DNA from: Candidatus Aenigmatarchaeota archaeon
GTDB lineage: Archaea; Aenigmatarchaeota; Aenigmatarchaeia; QMZP01
Assembly: GCA_038999435.1 (NCBI GenBank)
Contig: JAVZYR010000001.1
Span: 12,708-76,707 of the forward strand
Reading direction: 5' to 3'
Length of the DNA: 64,000 nt
Position numbers and translations under genes: made by a program. Below, one piece after another: positions 29,481-41,065 of this stretch (position 1 is its first letter; each line of letters begins with the position of its first letter). The notes beneath the pieces are model-generated. The model was not told the origin of the DNA and did no database searches. It saw only the letters and a list, made by a program, of their open reading frames with translations.

Positions 29481-30143
29481 ATGGGAAAAAAGATAATTGC
29501 ACAAAAAAGGGGAAAAGGAAGCCCAACATACAGGGTACCTTCTTATCATTTTCAGCCAAAGCTCGAATTTAGGGATATAAATGGCACTGTTACCGATATT
29601 GTAAATCATCCTGCAAAACTTGTCCCGCTTGTTCAAATCACATGGGATGATGCAAGAAAAGGATGGCTTCCTGCTCCAGAAGGGATTAAGGTTGGGGACA
29701 GGATTGGTGATTATGTTAAACAACTCAAAGACATCCCAGTTGGTAGTAAGATATTTGCCATAGAAATGAGGCCGAACAGTGGGCCAAAGCTTTGCCGGGC
29801 TTCTTCTGCATTGTTATTTTCAAAAGAAAAAGATAGCTGCATTATTAAGCTCCCATCAAGAAAGGATATATTTCTAAGCACATTGTGCAGGGCTATTATT
29901 GGAAATCCCGCTGCAGATGGAAGAAAAGAGAAGCCATGGATTAAGGCAGGAAAGAAGGCAATCGCAATGAGAAGAAGAGGAAAGTTCTATCCTGTTCCAA
30001 CAGCAAGCCGTATGAACGCGGTTGACCATCCATTTGGTGGAAAGTCTGGTGTTGGCCGTTCTAAAACAGTATCAAGAACTGCACCACCCGGGGCAAAGGT
30101 TGGTTCCATTGCAGCAAGGAGGACAGGAAAGAGGAAAAAGTAA
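29481..30143 (+). CDS. rpl2: Ribosomal protein uL2.
   Basis: MNAVDHPFGGKSGVGRSKTVSRTAPPGAKVG. Confidence 0.9.
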   Translation: MGKKIIAQKRGKGSPTYRVPSYHFQPKLEFRDINGTVTDIVNHPAKLVPLVQITWDDARKGWLPAPEGIKVGDRIGDYVKQLKDIPVGSKIFAIEMRPNSGPKLCRASSALLFSKEKDSCIIKLPSRKDIFLSTLCRAIIGNPAADGRKEKPWIKAGKKAIAMRRRGKFYPVPTASRMNAVDHPFGGKSGVGRSKTVSRTAPPGAKVGSIAARRTGKRKK

Positions 30144-30166
30144 TAAAAATATAATAAAAATGTCAG

Positions 30167-30556
30167 GTGGTTTATATGCCAAAATTTGAATGGAGAGGAA
30201 AAACGGAGGATGAAATTAAGAAGATATCATTAGAGGAATTTATGGCGCTAATCCCTGCACGCGAAAGAAGAAGGCTGAAAAGAGGATTTACATATCCAGA
30301 GAAAAAATTGCTTGAGAGGATGAGGAAAAAACCTGAAAAATTTTTCAGAACAAAATGCCGATCTATGCCAATTATACCTGAGATGATAGGCAAAAAAATA
30401 GGCGTATATAATGGTAAAGAATATGTACCGATTGAGATAAGACCTGATATGCTTGGCCACCGCCTTGGCGAGTTTGTGCTGACAAGAAAGCCTGTCAAGC
30501 ATTCTGCACCAGGTTTCGGTGCAACAAAATCTTCAAAGTTTGTACCTCTGAAATGA
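30167..30556 (+). CDS. rps19: Ribosomal protein uS19.
   Basis: [25 protein letters not shown]. Confidence 0.9.
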   Translation: MVYMPKFEWRGKTEDEIKKISLEEFMALIPARERRRLKRGFTYPEKKLLERMRKKPEKFFRTKCRSMPIIPEMIGKKIGVYNGKEYVPIEIRPDMLGHRLGEFVLTRKPVKHSAPGFGATKSSKFVPLK

Positions 30557-31008
30557 GAAGGATAAGGAATAAGTTCAGAAAACCAAAGAGAAGATGGGAC
30601 AAGAAAGCGATAGAGGAAGATAGAAAGATAATGAAAGAATTTGGTCTGAGAAGGAAGAAAGAATTATGGGCTGCAAAAGAAATGCTAAGAAAGTTTAGAC
30701 AGAGGGCAAGGGAACTAATTGCAGTAAAAGATAAGGAAAAAGAGAAGGCACTTCTTCACAAGCTTATAAAACTTGGCTTACTTAAAGAAGGGCAAGGGCT
30801 CGATGATGTCTTGGCTTTAACTGTGAGAGATTTGTTAGAAAGAAGACTCCAAACAATTGTATATAGAAAAGGCTTGGCAAACACACCAAAACAGGCAAGA
30901 CAAATTGTTGTTCATGGTCACATAACAATTGCTGAAAGAAGGACAAATATACCATCCTATATGGTCGCTGTAGATGAAGAGGGTTTGATAAAGAGGAGGG
31001 AGAGATGA
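30553..31008 (+). CDS. rps4: Ribosomal protein uS4 (S9e-type).
   Basis: S4 domain [40 protein letters not shown]. Confidence 0.85.
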   Translation: MRRIRNKFRKPKRRWDKKAIEEDRKIMKEFGLRRKKELWAAKEMLRKFRQRARELIAVKDKEKEKALLHKLIKLGLLKEGQGLDDVLALTVRDLLERRLQTIVYRKGLANTPKQARQIVVHGHITIAERRTNIPSYMVAVDEEGLIKRRER

Positions 31009-31397
31009 CAAAAAAAGAAAGATGGGGGGTTGCACACATATTTTCTTCTGTGAATAATACAATCATACACATCACGGACCTGTCAGGTGCAGAGACAATC
31101 GCAAGATGCTCTGGTGGTATTATAACAGATAGAGATAAGGACAAGGGAACACCTTTTCCAGCAATACAAGCAGCAAAGCGTGTTGCAGAGGAAGCACTTT
31201 CAAAAGGGATAACAGGTGTGCACATAAAAGTTAGGGCCCCTGGTGGGATAAAGAAAAAGGTTCCGGGCCAAGGTGCACAACCTGCAATAAGGACGCTGAT
31301 AAGAATGGGGCTGAAGATAGGCAGGATAGAAGATGTTACACCAATACCTCACAATGGCTGTAGACCAAAAGGAGGAAGAAGAGGAAGGAGGGTATAA
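31005..31397 (+). CDS. rps11: Ribosomal protein uS11.
   Basis: [23 protein letters not shown]...VRAPGG...GAQPAIRTL. Confidence 0.9.
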   Translation: MTKKERWGVAHIFSSVNNTIIHITDLSGAETIARCSGGIITDRDKDKGTPFPAIQAAKRVAEEALSKGITGVHIKVRAPGGIKKKVPGQGAQPAIRTLIRMGLKIGRIEDVTPIPHNGCRPKGGRRGRRV

Positions 31398-31417
31398 TCT
31401 CTTTATAATATCAAAAA

Positions 31418-32398
31418 TTGGAGGGCTACATGGCAAAGAGAAACAGACCAAGAAGAGGTTCAACTGCATTTTGGCCCAAAGGTAGAGCAAAGAGGATTTA
31501 TCCAAGATTAAAATGCAAGATAGCAGAAGAAAAGGCAATACCACTTGGTTTTGCAGGATACAAAGCAGGCATGACCCGTGCAATCATCCTGGATATGAAA
31601 AAGGGCTCTGCAACACACGGGCAAGAGGTTGTTAAGCCAGTTACGATTTTAGATATCCCATCATTAAATGTCATAGGGCTAAAATGTTACAAAAAAACAA
31701 CAGATGGCCTGTCTGATAAGGGCATTATTTGGTGCGAAAAGATTGATGCTGAGGTGAAGAGGAAAATGTCAATCCCAAAAAATCCTAAGCCCGATTTTAG
31801 CAGGCTTGAAGGCATTGATGATGTACGGCTCCTTGTTCAAACACAACCAAAAAATGCAGGAATTGGAAAGAAAAGGCCAGAGGTTTTTGAGATACCGCTC
31901 GGCGGTAAGCTTGAACAAAAAATTGCATTTGCAAAGGAAAAGCTCGGAAAGGAGATAAGGCTTGATGAAATATTTCAGCCAGGCGAGTATGTAGATGTGA
32001 TTGCAGTGACAAAAGGCAAAGGTTTAGAGGGCCCTGTAAGGCGGTTTGGTGTAAAGATAAGACCAAGAAAGCATCAAGGCAAGCGAAGGCATGGTGGTGT
32101 ACTTGGTGCAGAAAATCAGGGAAAGGTACTACCGGTTGTAATTCCAATGGCAGGTCAACTTGGTTTTCAGACAAGGACGGAATACAATAAACAGATACTT
32201 CAGATAGGTAAAGGAGGTATTCAACCAAAAGGAGGATGGCTTGGCTATTCTCCTGTTCCTGGAGATTATTTAGTTCTTGCCGGCTCTGTGCCAGGGCCAA
32301 AAAAGAGATTGGTTTTGCTTAGGAAGGCATACCGTGCCAAGGCCCCAGCAGCATTTGAATTAAAGAAAATCATTTTAGACAGCTTACAAGGGAAGTAG
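31418..32398 (+). CDS. rpl3: Ribosomal protein uL3.
   Basis: RPRRGSTAFWPKGRA...AGMTR; archaeal L3 length. Confidence 0.9.
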   Translation: MEGYMAKRNRPRRGSTAFWPKGRAKRIYPRLKCKIAEEKAIPLGFAGYKAGMTRAIILDMKKGSATHGQEVVKPVTILDIPSLNVIGLKCYKKTTDGLSDKGIIWCEKIDAEVKRKMSIPKNPKPDFSRLEGIDDVRLLVQTQPKNAGIGKKRPEVFEIPLGGKLEQKIAFAKEKLGKEIRLDEIFQPGEYVDVIAVTKGKGLEGPVRRFGVKIRPRKHQGKRRHGGVLGAENQGKVLPVVIPMAGQLGFQTRTEYNKQILQIGKGGIQPKGGWLGYSPVPGDYLVLAGSVPGPKKRLVLLRKAYRAKAPAAFELKKIILDSLQGK

Positions 32399-32434
32399 GT
32401 TCTTTTTATGAATTTTTTAAAAGGAGGTGATAAG

Positions 32435-32668
32435 ATGGTAGAGAAAAAAATTGACAAATACCACGATGTCGATATTTTAAGCATTAAATACACAAAGCTT
32501 GTAGACCATAAAACCGGCGAAAGGCTTTCTATAGGATCTGGTTGGACATACGAAGAATCTGATGAAAAGGCACTAGAAAATCTGTATAACAAACTTCACG
32601 AAAAATTAAAAAATAATTTATTAGTTTCTTTGATACTTTCTTTTTATCCAAAGCCTATTGCCCAATAA
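32435..32668 (+). CDS. Small hypothetical protein (about 77 aa).
   Basis: Strong SD AAAGGAGGTGATAAGATG; start set at MVEKK; no recognisable motif. Confidence 0.45.
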   Translation: MVEKKIDKYHDVDILSIKYTKLVDHKTGERLSIGSGWTYEESDEKALENLYNKLHEKLKNNLLVSLILSFYPKPIAQ

Positions 32669-33429
32669 CTCACGACAGAGCCCATATCACCTGTGACATC
32701 ACCTGATGTACTAGAATGCAGGATTTTTGCCTTTAACCCGAGCCGTTTTGCAAATGCAATCACAACAGCAATGCCCGCATAACCACAAACCGAGGCATCG
32801 ATTTCCTCAAGTACATCGAAAAGGCCTTTTGCATCAAGCCCTTTTATTTTTTCTATTGTTTTATTATCCTTTTCTGTCGCAATGTCAATAGGTAGATAAT
32901 GGCTAAAATCAGATGATGCGATAAGCCCAACATCATATCTTGCAAGCATCCTACCAAGTTCGATACACTGCTCTAGAAGCTCATCAGAATAGTCGATATT
33001 TATTATAGATATCGGCACAATCCTAAAATTTTCAAATCTATATTTCAAAAATGGCAACTGTACCTCAATTGAATGTTCATTTGCATGTGCGCTCTTTTCA
33101 TCCTTCAAAAATTTCAGTCCTAGTAATTTTTTAATCAAATCCTCATCAGCCTCAACCTTGCCAAGTGGAGTTTCCCATGCATCACTACATGTGCTAAAAT
33201 CAGGTCCAATGCCCTGATGGTTTGGACCAATAATAACATATGTGTTACTTTTTTTAAGAGCAGCAATTGCATGCGCACATGTCTTCCCAGAATATACATA
33301 GCCTGCATGTGGGCTTATAACAGCACGACATGCTGCAGGCTTTGTATCAGAAAAAAATTCCTTTAGCTGTGCCTTTAACAAAGATGGTTGGGCAGGATAG
33401 AATGCACCAGAAAATACAGCCTTCCTCAT
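32644..33429 (-). CDS. Memo1/AmmeMemoRadiSam system protein B family.
   Basis: VISPHAGYVYSG, GPNH, and SSDFSHY motifs. Confidence 0.8.
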   Translation of the reverse strand: MRKAVFSGAFYPAQPSLLKAQLKEFFSDTKPAACRAVISPHAGYVYSGKTCAHAIAALKKSNTYVIIGPNHQGIGPDFSTCSDAWETPLGKVEADEDLIKKLLGLKFLKDEKSAHANEHSIEVQLPFLKYRFENFRIVPISIINIDYSDELLEQCIELGRMLARYDVGLIASSDFSHYLPIDIATEKDNKTIEKIKGLDAKGLFDVLEEIDASVCGYAGIAVVIAFAKRLGLKAKILHSSTSGDVTGDMGSVVSYWAIGFG

Positions 33430-33454
33430 ATTAATAATTAACTCAGGATAAAAA

Positions 33455-35743
33455 TCAACCTATATATTTTACCTCTTCAGGCGGTTTTTCTGTTGTTACA
33501 GGAGCTTTAAACTGTTCTGCAATCTTCTGATAAAATGTATTGAGCTTTGGTGTGACTGATGGTTTTACTTTGTTCATCGCTTCAGCAAAATCACTCTTTT
33601 TCACGTTCGCTGCTTTTATATCTTTTCTTAATGCATTCATTGCTGCCTCTCTGCATAGTGCTTCTATATCAGCACCAGTATAACCTTCTGTCTGTTTTGC
33701 AAGCGCCTCAATGCTTACATCCTTTGCAAGTGGCATGTGCTTTGTGTGAATCTTGAAAATTTCAAGTCGACCTTTGTAATCTGGTGCAGGCACATATACC
33801 TGTCTGTCAAATCTCCCTGGTCTTAGTAATGCAGGGTCAAGGATGTCTGGTCTGTTTGTAGCAGCAATCACAACAACATTGTGCATTTCTTCGAGCCCTG
33901 ACATCTCTGTCAATATTTGTGAGACAACCGTTTCTGAAACCCTTGTACCAACCTCAAGCCCTCTTCTTGGTGCAATGGCATCTATCTCATCAAAAAATAT
34001 GATAGCGGGTGCAACCTGTTTTGCCCTTCTGAATATTTCCCTGATTTTTCTTTCAGATTCACCAACCCACATTGTGTATATCTCAGGACCCTTCACAGAT
34101 ATAAAATTGGCACCAGATTCATTTGCAACAGCCTTTGCAAGCAGCGTCTTTCCTGTACCTGGCGGGCCATAGAGCAAAATACCACTTGGTGGCTTGATAC
34201 CCATTCTTTTGAAAATCCCCGGATATTTCAATGGCCATTCTACCACTTCTTTAAGTTTCTGCTTTACATCATCTAAATCACCAATATCAGACCATCTTAT
34301 GTTTGGAACTTCAACAAGCACTTCACGCATTGCTGATGGGCTAACAAGCTTTAATGCAGTTTTAAAGTCTTGCATTGTAACTTGCAGCTTTTCCAAAATC
34401 TCTTTTGGCAATTCACCTTCTTTTTTCCAGCTTATACCAGGCATCACCCTTCTCAGCGCAGCCATTGCTGCCTCTTTGCATAATGCTTCAAGGTCAGCAC
34501 CTACAAATCCATAAGTAACTGATGCAAGCCAATCGATATCAACATCTTTTGCAAGCGGCATGTTCCTTGTGTGTATCTGCAATATCTCCTTTCTGCCCTT
34601 TTGGTCAGGCACGCCTATTTCAACCTCCCTATCAAATCGTCCAGGCCTTCTCAGCGCAGGATCGAGTGCATCTGGCCTGTTTGTAGCGGCAATGACAATA
34701 ACCTTTCCTCGCGTTTTCATACCATCCATGAGTGCAAGAAGCTGTGCAACAACCCTTCTTTCAACTTCACCTGTCACCTCTTCACGCTTTGGTGCAATTG
34801 CATCTATTTCATCTATGAATATGATACTTGGTGCGTTCTTTTCTGCATCTGCAAAAATATCTCTCAACCTTTTTTCAGATTCGCCATACCATTTGCTCAT
34901 AATCTCTGGCCCTGATATTGCTGTGAATGAAGCACCAGACTCATTTGCAACAGCCTTTGCAAGCAGCGTCTTTCCTGTACCTGGTGGGCCATAGAGCAGC
35001 ACGCCTTTTGGCGGTTCTATACCAAGCCTTGTGAATAGCTCGGGATGTCTCAATGGCAACTCAACCATCTCTCTTATCTTTTCTATTGCCTGCGCAAGCC
35101 CGCCCACATCTTCGTATGTTATCGTTGGTATCTTTCTCTCTTCTATCTCGACTGCTTCTGGTTTTAGTTCTATCTCTGTGATGTCTGTTATCTTTACAAT
35201 ATCTTCTGGGTTTGTTGAAACCACAACAAGCTTTGTCTCACCAGGCAATGGTGTGAAAAATATCTCTTCAATTGGTATGCCAAATATCTCTCCGAATGAT
35301 GGTCCATATCTTTTTACAATCGGAAACGGCGCAAGTATGTCACCTTTTGTAACTGGTCTCATATACAGATTTTTCTTTAGCATCTCAGATGGAACTTGAA
35401 TCACAACACCTTTTTGTGCAGGTGCAAGTACAACCCTTTTTGCCTCTTTGACATCAGCCTTTTTTATTTTTATCATATCACCCACACCTACACCTGCATT
35501 TTTTCTTGTTAATCCATCCATCCTTACAATAGAAAGCCCAATGTCAGCAGGATATGAACGGACAGCTATTGCACCCGTTTTTCTTTTTCCTATAAGCTCA
35601 ACAATATCACCCTCTTTTATGCCAAGTTCCTTCATTGTTTGTGAATCGAGCCTTATAATACCTCGGCCAAATTCATCTCTTGATGTCAACTCGCCAACCT
35701 TCAGGGTTATGATTTTCCTTTCGTCATGTTTTCCATCTGACAT
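33455..35743 (-). CDS. cdc48: Cdc48/VCP-like AAA+ ATPase (two AAA domains).
   Basis: Two Walker A GPPGTGKT plus DEID modules; N-terminal double-psi barrel region. Confidence 0.9.
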   Translation of the reverse strand: MSDGKHDERKIITLKVGELTSRDEFGRGIIRLDSQTMKELGIKEGDIVELIGKRKTGAIAVRSYPADIGLSIVRMDGLTRKNAGVGVGDMIKIKKADVKEAKRVVLAPAQKGVVIQVPSEMLKKNLYMRPVTKGDILAPFPIVKRYGPSFGEIFGIPIEEIFFTPLPGETKLVVVSTNPEDIVKITDITEIELKPEAVEIEERKIPTITYEDVGGLAQAIEKIREMVELPLRHPELFTRLGIEPPKGVLLYGPPGTGKTLLAKAVANESGASFTAISGPEIMSKWYGESEKRLRDIFADAEKNAPSIIFIDEIDAIAPKREEVTGEVERRVVAQLLALMDGMKTRGKVIVIAATNRPDALDPALRRPGRFDREVEIGVPDQKGRKEILQIHTRNMPLAKDVDIDWLASVTYGFVGADLEALCKEAAMAALRRVMPGISWKKEGELPKEILEKLQVTMQDFKTALKLVSPSAMREVLVEVPNIRWSDIGDLDDVKQKLKEVVEWPLKYPGIFKRMGIKPPSGILLYGPPGTGKTLLAKAVANESGANFISVKGPEIYTMWVGESERKIREIFRRAKQVAPAIIFFDEIDAIAPRRGLEVGTRVSETVVSQILTEMSGLEEMHNVVVIAATNRPDILDPALLRPGRFDRQVYVPAPDYKGRLEIFKIHTKHMPLAKDVSIEALAKQTEGYTGADIEALCREAAMNALRKDIKAANVKKSDFAEAMNKVKPSVTPKLNTFYQKIAEQFKAPVTTEKPPEEVKYIG

Positions 35744-35754
35744 ATTATTAGATA

Positions 35755-35964
35755 TTACCTCCTCACCCTTAATATAACTGAGTGTTTTGTCTTTATTATT
35801 TCTATCTCCGGCTCATTTCGTATGAATTCTATGAGCCTTACATACTTTTTGATTGTTATGTTGTGAATACCTGTCTGTTTGGCAAGCTCATTCATCGAAC
35901 ATACCCTAGCTTTTTCTATAGCTCTAAACATGTCTTCAATGATTTCAAGTGGGTCTCTTTTCAT
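35755..35964 (-). CDS. Small winged-helix/HTH transcriptional regulator.
   Basis: [23 protein letters not shown] helix-turn-helix. Confidence 0.5.
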   Translation of the reverse strand: MKRDPLEIIEDMFRAIEKARVCSMNELAKQTGIHNITIKKYVRLIEFIRNEPEIEIIKTKHSVILRVRR

Positions 35965-36054
35965 ATTATATATTTTTTTATATTGTAATATTAATATTTA
36001 AATATTTTGGTTGAAAATTTAAATTAAGATATTTTAAATAACGCAATAATTAAA

Positions 36055-37323
36055 ATGGATGTTATCTTAATACTTTCCTATATTGGTGTTCTGCTTGGTT
36101 TAGGTATTATAATTGCAAATCTAATGAAAAAAATAAGAATACCTGATGCCTTAGCTTTAATCTTGCTTGGTTTGTTCCTTGGTCCTACAATTTATAGGAA
36201 CCCTCTTATCAGCTCTAACATTCAGCTAAAGCTAATAGATGTTGCAGCGATGGGTATAGTACCAGATATAGTGAGAATGACTGCTATCATACTTATAGTT
36301 TTTATAAGCACATTTTCGATGCCTATTAGCATGTTTAAAAGATTTTCCGATGTTTCTTTGAGGCTTGCTTTTTTTATTCCTATACTAAATACAGCAATCC
36401 TTGGTATAGTTGCGCATTTTCTTTTTAATCTCGAATGGATTTACGCATTCCTGCTTTCTTCAATCTTATGTGGTACATCTGTAGGTGTTTTATACACATT
36501 TGAAAAATATTTTTCTGAAAAAAAGATTATAAACACATTGAAGATGGAATCTATATTCAACTCGCCTCTAAGTGTTCTCTTGCCCTTGATGTTTTTGGGA
36601 ATTGTAACAAATCCAAGCATATTTGAGCCGATAAAGCATATATCACAATTTTGGCTTCTCATAGCCGCAGGTGTCGGTACAGGTTTGGTTGTTGGTTTTG
36701 GTATGACAAAAATCCTAAAAACCATTCTAAAGGAATATACACCTCTCCTACTTTTTGCAACAGCCCTGATAACATTTACACTTGCTGAAAATGTGGGTGG
36801 CTCTGGTATGCTTGCAGTTGCAATATGTGGGCTCATTGTTGGTAACTATTCATCAGGTATAAGGGAGGAGGCGTTGAAATTTGAGGACCAGATATCAGAG
36901 CTGCTAAGGATAGCAGTTTTTACTCTACTCGGTGCACAAATATACTTCAGCATAACAGCTGAACAATTCCTACTTGCTCTTGTTTTCTTTTTCGTAATTG
37001 TGATTTTAAGACCATTGATGCTTATCTTGTTTATGAGAAAGGAGAGAAAAGAGATGTCAAGGGAAGACTTTCTCATGTTATCTTTCATTGCACCAAAAGG
37101 TGCGGTTGAGGCGGCAATGGCACCGGTTGTGGCATCTGCTTTGCTCATTGCAGGCATGTCAGCAATGGCAGATTCAATAATGAACATAGTCTTCTGCATC
37201 ATCGTATTTTCAATTCTTTTGAGCACCATAATATGTGAGATTGCATATAAAAAGAGCGAAAAGGAAAAATCCATCAAAAAGATTTACAAAAATTATGAAA
37301 AGCTCAGATTACCTAAGAGCTAG
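36055..37323 (+). CDS. Cation:proton antiporter (CPA1/NhaP-like) membrane protein.
   Basis: About 12 TM helices; N-terminus GLGIIIANLMKKIRIPDALALILLGLFLGP is typical of Na+/H+ exchangers. Confidence 0.6.
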   Translation: MDVILILSYIGVLLGLGIIIANLMKKIRIPDALALILLGLFLGPTIYRNPLISSNIQLKLIDVAAMGIVPDIVRMTAIILIVFISTFSMPISMFKRFSDVSLRLAFFIPILNTAILGIVAHFLFNLEWIYAFLLSSILCGTSVGVLYTFEKYFSEKKIINTLKMESIFNSPLSVLLPLMFLGIVTNPSIFEPIKHISQFWLLIAAGVGTGLVVGFGMTKILKTILKEYTPLLLFATALITFTLAENVGGSGMLAVAICGLIVGNYSSGIREEALKFEDQISELLRIAVFTLLGAQIYFSITAEQFLLALVFFFVIVILRPLMLILFMRKERKEMSREDFLMLSFIAPKGAVEAAMAPVVASALLIAGMSAMADSIMNIVFCIIVFSILLSTIICEIAYKKSEKEKSIKKIYKNYEKLRLPKS

Positions 37324-37540
37324 TTTTGCACATCTTTTCAGCCCTTTTTATCATCTCTGATTTGAGTGCAATAAAAGCACCACCTCTCTTACCTCGAATA
37401 AAAGTTACCTCTCCTGGCTTAATGATATCCTCAATTGGGCCCTCGATATCAATATGGGTTATTCTTGCCTTACTCTTACCTTTTATATGTATGTAGATTG
37501 TTCCATTGATTTTATACTTTCCTTCCCCAGGGCCTGACAT
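37313..37540 (-). CDS. Small hypothetical protein.
   Basis: ORF only; no motif recognised. Confidence 0.3.
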   Translation of the reverse strand: MSGPGEGKYKINGTIYIHIKGKSKARITHIDIEGPIEDIIKPGEVTFIRGKRGGAFIALKSEMIKRAEKMCKTSS

Positions 37541-37565
37541 AATTTAAAATTTAGAATGAGATAAT

Positions 37566-39023
37566 TTATTCATCTATGATTACAATATCATGGGGCCCAA
37601 GCATTCTTTTAGATGCCTCAGAAAGTCTTTCTAAAACAGCCTTTTTTCTATATTCTTCCAAATTTTTTGCACCCACGTGACTCATTGTGATTTTCAAAGC
37701 CATCGAATATTTTTCTACCCCTGGTTTCAGATAGCCTTGGTAAAGTACGAGCCCATCAACACCTTGATATATCAATGTTTGCCTTTCCCCAGGTATTTCA
37801 TATCTTTTCATATCGCCCGTTGTCTCAGCAGCCCTTTTTGAACCTTCACCCCAATATTCCTTGAATTTTTTCCCATTTTTTTCAACAAGTTTTCCTGCTG
37901 ATTCCTCAAAACATGCGAACAATTTTCCTGACATAATAGCATCAGCATGTGTTAATGCAATGCATATATCATGCGTATCTTCCATTCCACCATCGGCAAT
38001 TATTGGTATATATCTTTTATCCGCATATCTATCCCTTTCTTTTGCTATTCTTACAAGCGATGAAAATGGTGGTGCGCCGACACCAAGGACAGCACTTGTG
38101 ATGCATATTGAGCCAGGGCCCATACCGATTTTTATAGCATCAGCACCAGCTTCTGCAAGATATCTAAAGCCTTCTGGAGTTACGATGTTGCCTGCACAAA
38201 TCTGCCTTTCATATTTTTCTTTAAATCTTTTTACAACATCACTTGCCCACTCTGTATAGGCATCAGATGTGTCTATAAAAATTATATCTGCTCCTGCCTC
38301 TACAAGCGCTTTTGCCCTTTCTTCCCAACCAGGATGTGTATCTATTGCACCACCGATTCTATATCCTTCATTTTCTTGTCTAAAAACAAGTTTTCTTAAC
38401 CTGTACTCTTTACCTTTTTTTGTTTCTATTTCTTCAAGAACAGGTACAAGCCTTAAATCATATTTTTTCATAAACTCCTTTATCTCTTTTTCGCTCATGT
38501 TATCGCTTACCCACAGATCCTTTTTGCAATCAAAAGGCTTCATTATTTTTTGGATTGGTGTATTTGGTTCCATTCTATCATGATACAGGGGCTCATATTT
38601 GAACATGCCTTTGTATCTACCTAATCTATCTTTTACAGGCATGTTGGAATGTCCATACTTGCTTACATTTTCAATTGCATCTGCAATTGTATTATCATCT
38701 AAAAGGGTTACGGGATTTTCAATAGATTCTATCTCACCCTTTTTCACCTCATTTTCTTTTACGTATCTAACAATATCCACTTGTTTTTGTATGCTAAGCC
38801 CTCTTGGCGCAACTGCCATTAATCCTATCTTTGCTGCTTCTAATGCAAATCTTTCATCAACGATAGACCTCATTGCAGCAGGCAAAAATGGTTTTATTAC
38901 AATATCTCCAATCTTTGTATTGATATCTATATTCGAAGGAATATGTTCGCTTGTAGTGTAACCTGGATGTATCACAAAATCTTTATAGGTTGTTCCTGTA
39001 ATACTACCTATTATCTTTGCCAT
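37566..39023 (-). CDS. guaB: IMP dehydrogenase / GMP reductase family.
   Basis: Catalytic loop IGMGPGSICIT, N-terminus LPAAMRSIVDERFALEAAKIGLMAV; CBS-containing length (485 aa). Confidence 0.8.
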   Translation of the reverse strand: MAKIIGSITGTTYKDFVIHPGYTTSEHIPSNIDINTKIGDIVIKPFLPAAMRSIVDERFALEAAKIGLMAVAPRGLSIQKQVDIVRYVKENEVKKGEIESIENPVTLLDDNTIADAIENVSKYGHSNMPVKDRLGRYKGMFKYEPLYHDRMEPNTPIQKIMKPFDCKKDLWVSDNMSEKEIKEFMKKYDLRLVPVLEEIETKKGKEYRLRKLVFRQENEGYRIGGAIDTHPGWEERAKALVEAGADIIFIDTSDAYTEWASDVVKRFKEKYERQICAGNIVTPEGFRYLAEAGADAIKIGMGPGSICITSAVLGVGAPPFSSLVRIAKERDRYADKRYIPIIADGGMEDTHDICIALTHADAIMSGKLFACFEESAGKLVEKNGKKFKEYWGEGSKRAAETTGDMKRYEIPGERQTLIYQGVDGLVLYQGYLKPGVEKYSMALKITMSHVGAKNLEEYRKKAVLERLSEASKRMLGPHDIVIIDE

Positions 39024-39057
39024 AGAAAATATTAATAAAAAATTTTAAAAATCGCCA

Positions 39058-41028
39058 TCAAACTTTTTGCAAAAATTTCGGGCTTGGCTCAAACAGGGTA
39101 CCGTCTCTTTTTAGCTTCTCTATCGCTTCTTCTGCCTTATCCTTATCTATACCTTCTTTTTCTGCATTTTCTATAACCTCATGTACAGGTATCTCTTTCT
39201 TTTTCTTGCTGAGGTTGTTAATTATATCAAGTATGACCCTTATTGCAGCGCGCTCAGTTGATGTTGTTATACCTTCGGTCCTATCAACATCAATTACATT
39301 TGTTCCAGGTTCACAACCAAGTTGCTTTAGTGAAAATTCCATAAGCCTTATTGCCCTTAGCGCATCTTCCTTTCTTACATAATCTTGAAGCTGAATTTTT
39401 GCTGATGCCTCTGACAATCTAAGTAAAGCCTCAAATTGTCTTAATGTAATTGGTATGGGTGCGCCAAGGCTTTGTGCTTTCCTTCTCGTCTCAACGTAAA
39501 AATTTTTCAGCAATTCTTGTGTCTCTTTTGTATGCTCTGGCTTGCATCTCTCTCTTGTATAGGCAATATATTTCCGTATCAGTGATGGTTCAAGAATTGG
39601 AAGGGTTTCTTTAGATTCTGTTCTTGCTTTGAATATGTGTTCAACAACCTTTGCATCTTCTTCAGGATTTGGGATATCTTTTAGAACAAATTTTAAATCA
39701 AATCTACCAAGAAGCGTGTCTGGTATAGTTATTTGTTTTGCTATTGGCATGTACGGGTCAAATCTACCAAATTTAGGATTACCACCTGCAAGTACAGAGG
39801 TTTGCGCAGGTAATGTCGTGACTATTGATGCCTTTGCTATAGAAACGCTTCCTTGTTCAAGTGCCTCGTGCATTGCAACCTGGTCATCTGCAGACATCTT
39901 TTCGAATTCATCCACTGAAAGAAGGCCTTTGTTTGCAAGTACAATTGCACCAGCCTCTACAACCCACCCTCCCATGAATTGTTCATCTTTTGAAACGGTT
40001 GCGGTCAGACCTGCAGTAGTCACACCCTTTCCAGATACATATCTCCCTCTCGGTACAATCGATGGTACAAGCTTCATTAGTTGTGATTTCCCTGATGCAG
40101 GATCACCTATCAGCAGGATGTGTATATTTCCTCTGAATTTTGTACCATCAGGTAATGTCCTTGGTACGCCTCCAAAAAGTTGAAGTATGACAGCCTCCTT
40201 TATTTCTCTCATACCATACAGGCTTGGTGCAAGAGAATCAATAAGCATATCATAGATTTGCGGATTTTTTGCAAGCTCTTTGATCAACATTTCATCTTCA
40301 GGTGTTATCTCAACCTTCTCATATCCAATTTCAGTTGGTTCAATCCAATTTACATCAAGGTAGAAATCAAGTTTGACTGTAGATTTTGTTTTTGGTATTT
40401 CTCTGAGTATACCTGTTACTTTTATCCTATTTCCAGGATCGGTGAGATTTCTAAGGCCTTTTTTAACAAGGTCCCCCTTCAGCCATATTGTCAATTGTGA
40501 TGGCCTTTCCCCTTCTGTTAGTTCAAATGGTTCTTCTATTACTGCCCATCTGCTATCTATTAATTTTTTGCTAACCTGCCTTATTCCTCTTCTATTTCCA
40601 CAATCGCATTGCGTAGGTTTTGGGAGCCAATTTGCTATCCTTTCTGTAATCATTATTTTACCACAATCAGGACATTTCCACTCAGCATACATTATTTCAG
40701 GTCTTATCTCAGATGATTTTCTTACAATGCCTTCTGTGCATATAAATTTTCCTATATGTCTTGACCTAAGGTCTCTTATATTCGTTATGTCAACGTTAAT
40801 GATACCAGGTCTTTTTTGAAAGTTTAATTCTTTGAGTGCCTCGTCAGCTATCTCAAACCATTCCTCAGGATTTTCTAAGAGCAATTCTGCAAGCTGTGGA
40901 TTAAATCGATGCATCAAACCAAAATCAACAACAAAAACATCTTCTGCTTCGACAATATTTTTAAGTAGCCCTTTTTCAAAAAAATCTTTTAGCTCAAATA
41001 CAAGCCTTTCTCTTTTTTCTTCAGGCAT
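39058..41028 (-). CDS. mcm: MCM replicative helicase.
   Basis: Walker A ILLIGDPASGKSQL, Walker B VDEFEKM, zinc finger CPDCG...CDCG. Confidence 0.9.
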   Translation of the reverse strand: MPEEKRERLVFELKDFFEKGLLKNIVEAEDVFVVDFGLMHRFNPQLAELLLENPEEWFEIADEALKELNFQKRPGIINVDITNIRDLRSRHIGKFICTEGIVRKSSEIRPEIMYAEWKCPDCGKIMITERIANWLPKPTQCDCGNRRGIRQVSKKLIDSRWAVIEEPFELTEGERPSQLTIWLKGDLVKKGLRNLTDPGNRIKVTGILREIPKTKSTVKLDFYLDVNWIEPTEIGYEKVEITPEDEMLIKELAKNPQIYDMLIDSLAPSLYGMREIKEAVILQLFGGVPRTLPDGTKFRGNIHILLIGDPASGKSQLMKLVPSIVPRGRYVSGKGVTTAGLTATVSKDEQFMGGWVVEAGAIVLANKGLLSVDEFEKMSADDQVAMHEALEQGSVSIAKASIVTTLPAQTSVLAGGNPKFGRFDPYMPIAKQITIPDTLLGRFDLKFVLKDIPNPEEDAKVVEHIFKARTESKETLPILEPSLIRKYIAYTRERCKPEHTKETQELLKNFYVETRRKAQSLGAPIPITLRQFEALLRLSEASAKIQLQDYVRKEDALRAIRLMEFSLKQLGCEPGTNVIDVDRTEGITTSTERAAIRVILDIINNLSKKKKEIPVHEVIENAEKEGIDKDKAEEAIEKLKRDGTLFEPSPKFLQKV

Positions 41029-41065
41029 GTTTTACTTTTGGCAGATAGAAATTTTAATCTTTGTG

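Noticed and set aside
33843-35777. Several plus-strand ORFs (109-144 aa) inside the cdc48 region
   Set aside because: Antisense shadow ORFs of a well-supported AAA+ ATPase gene; Ser/Pro-rich low-complexity translations.
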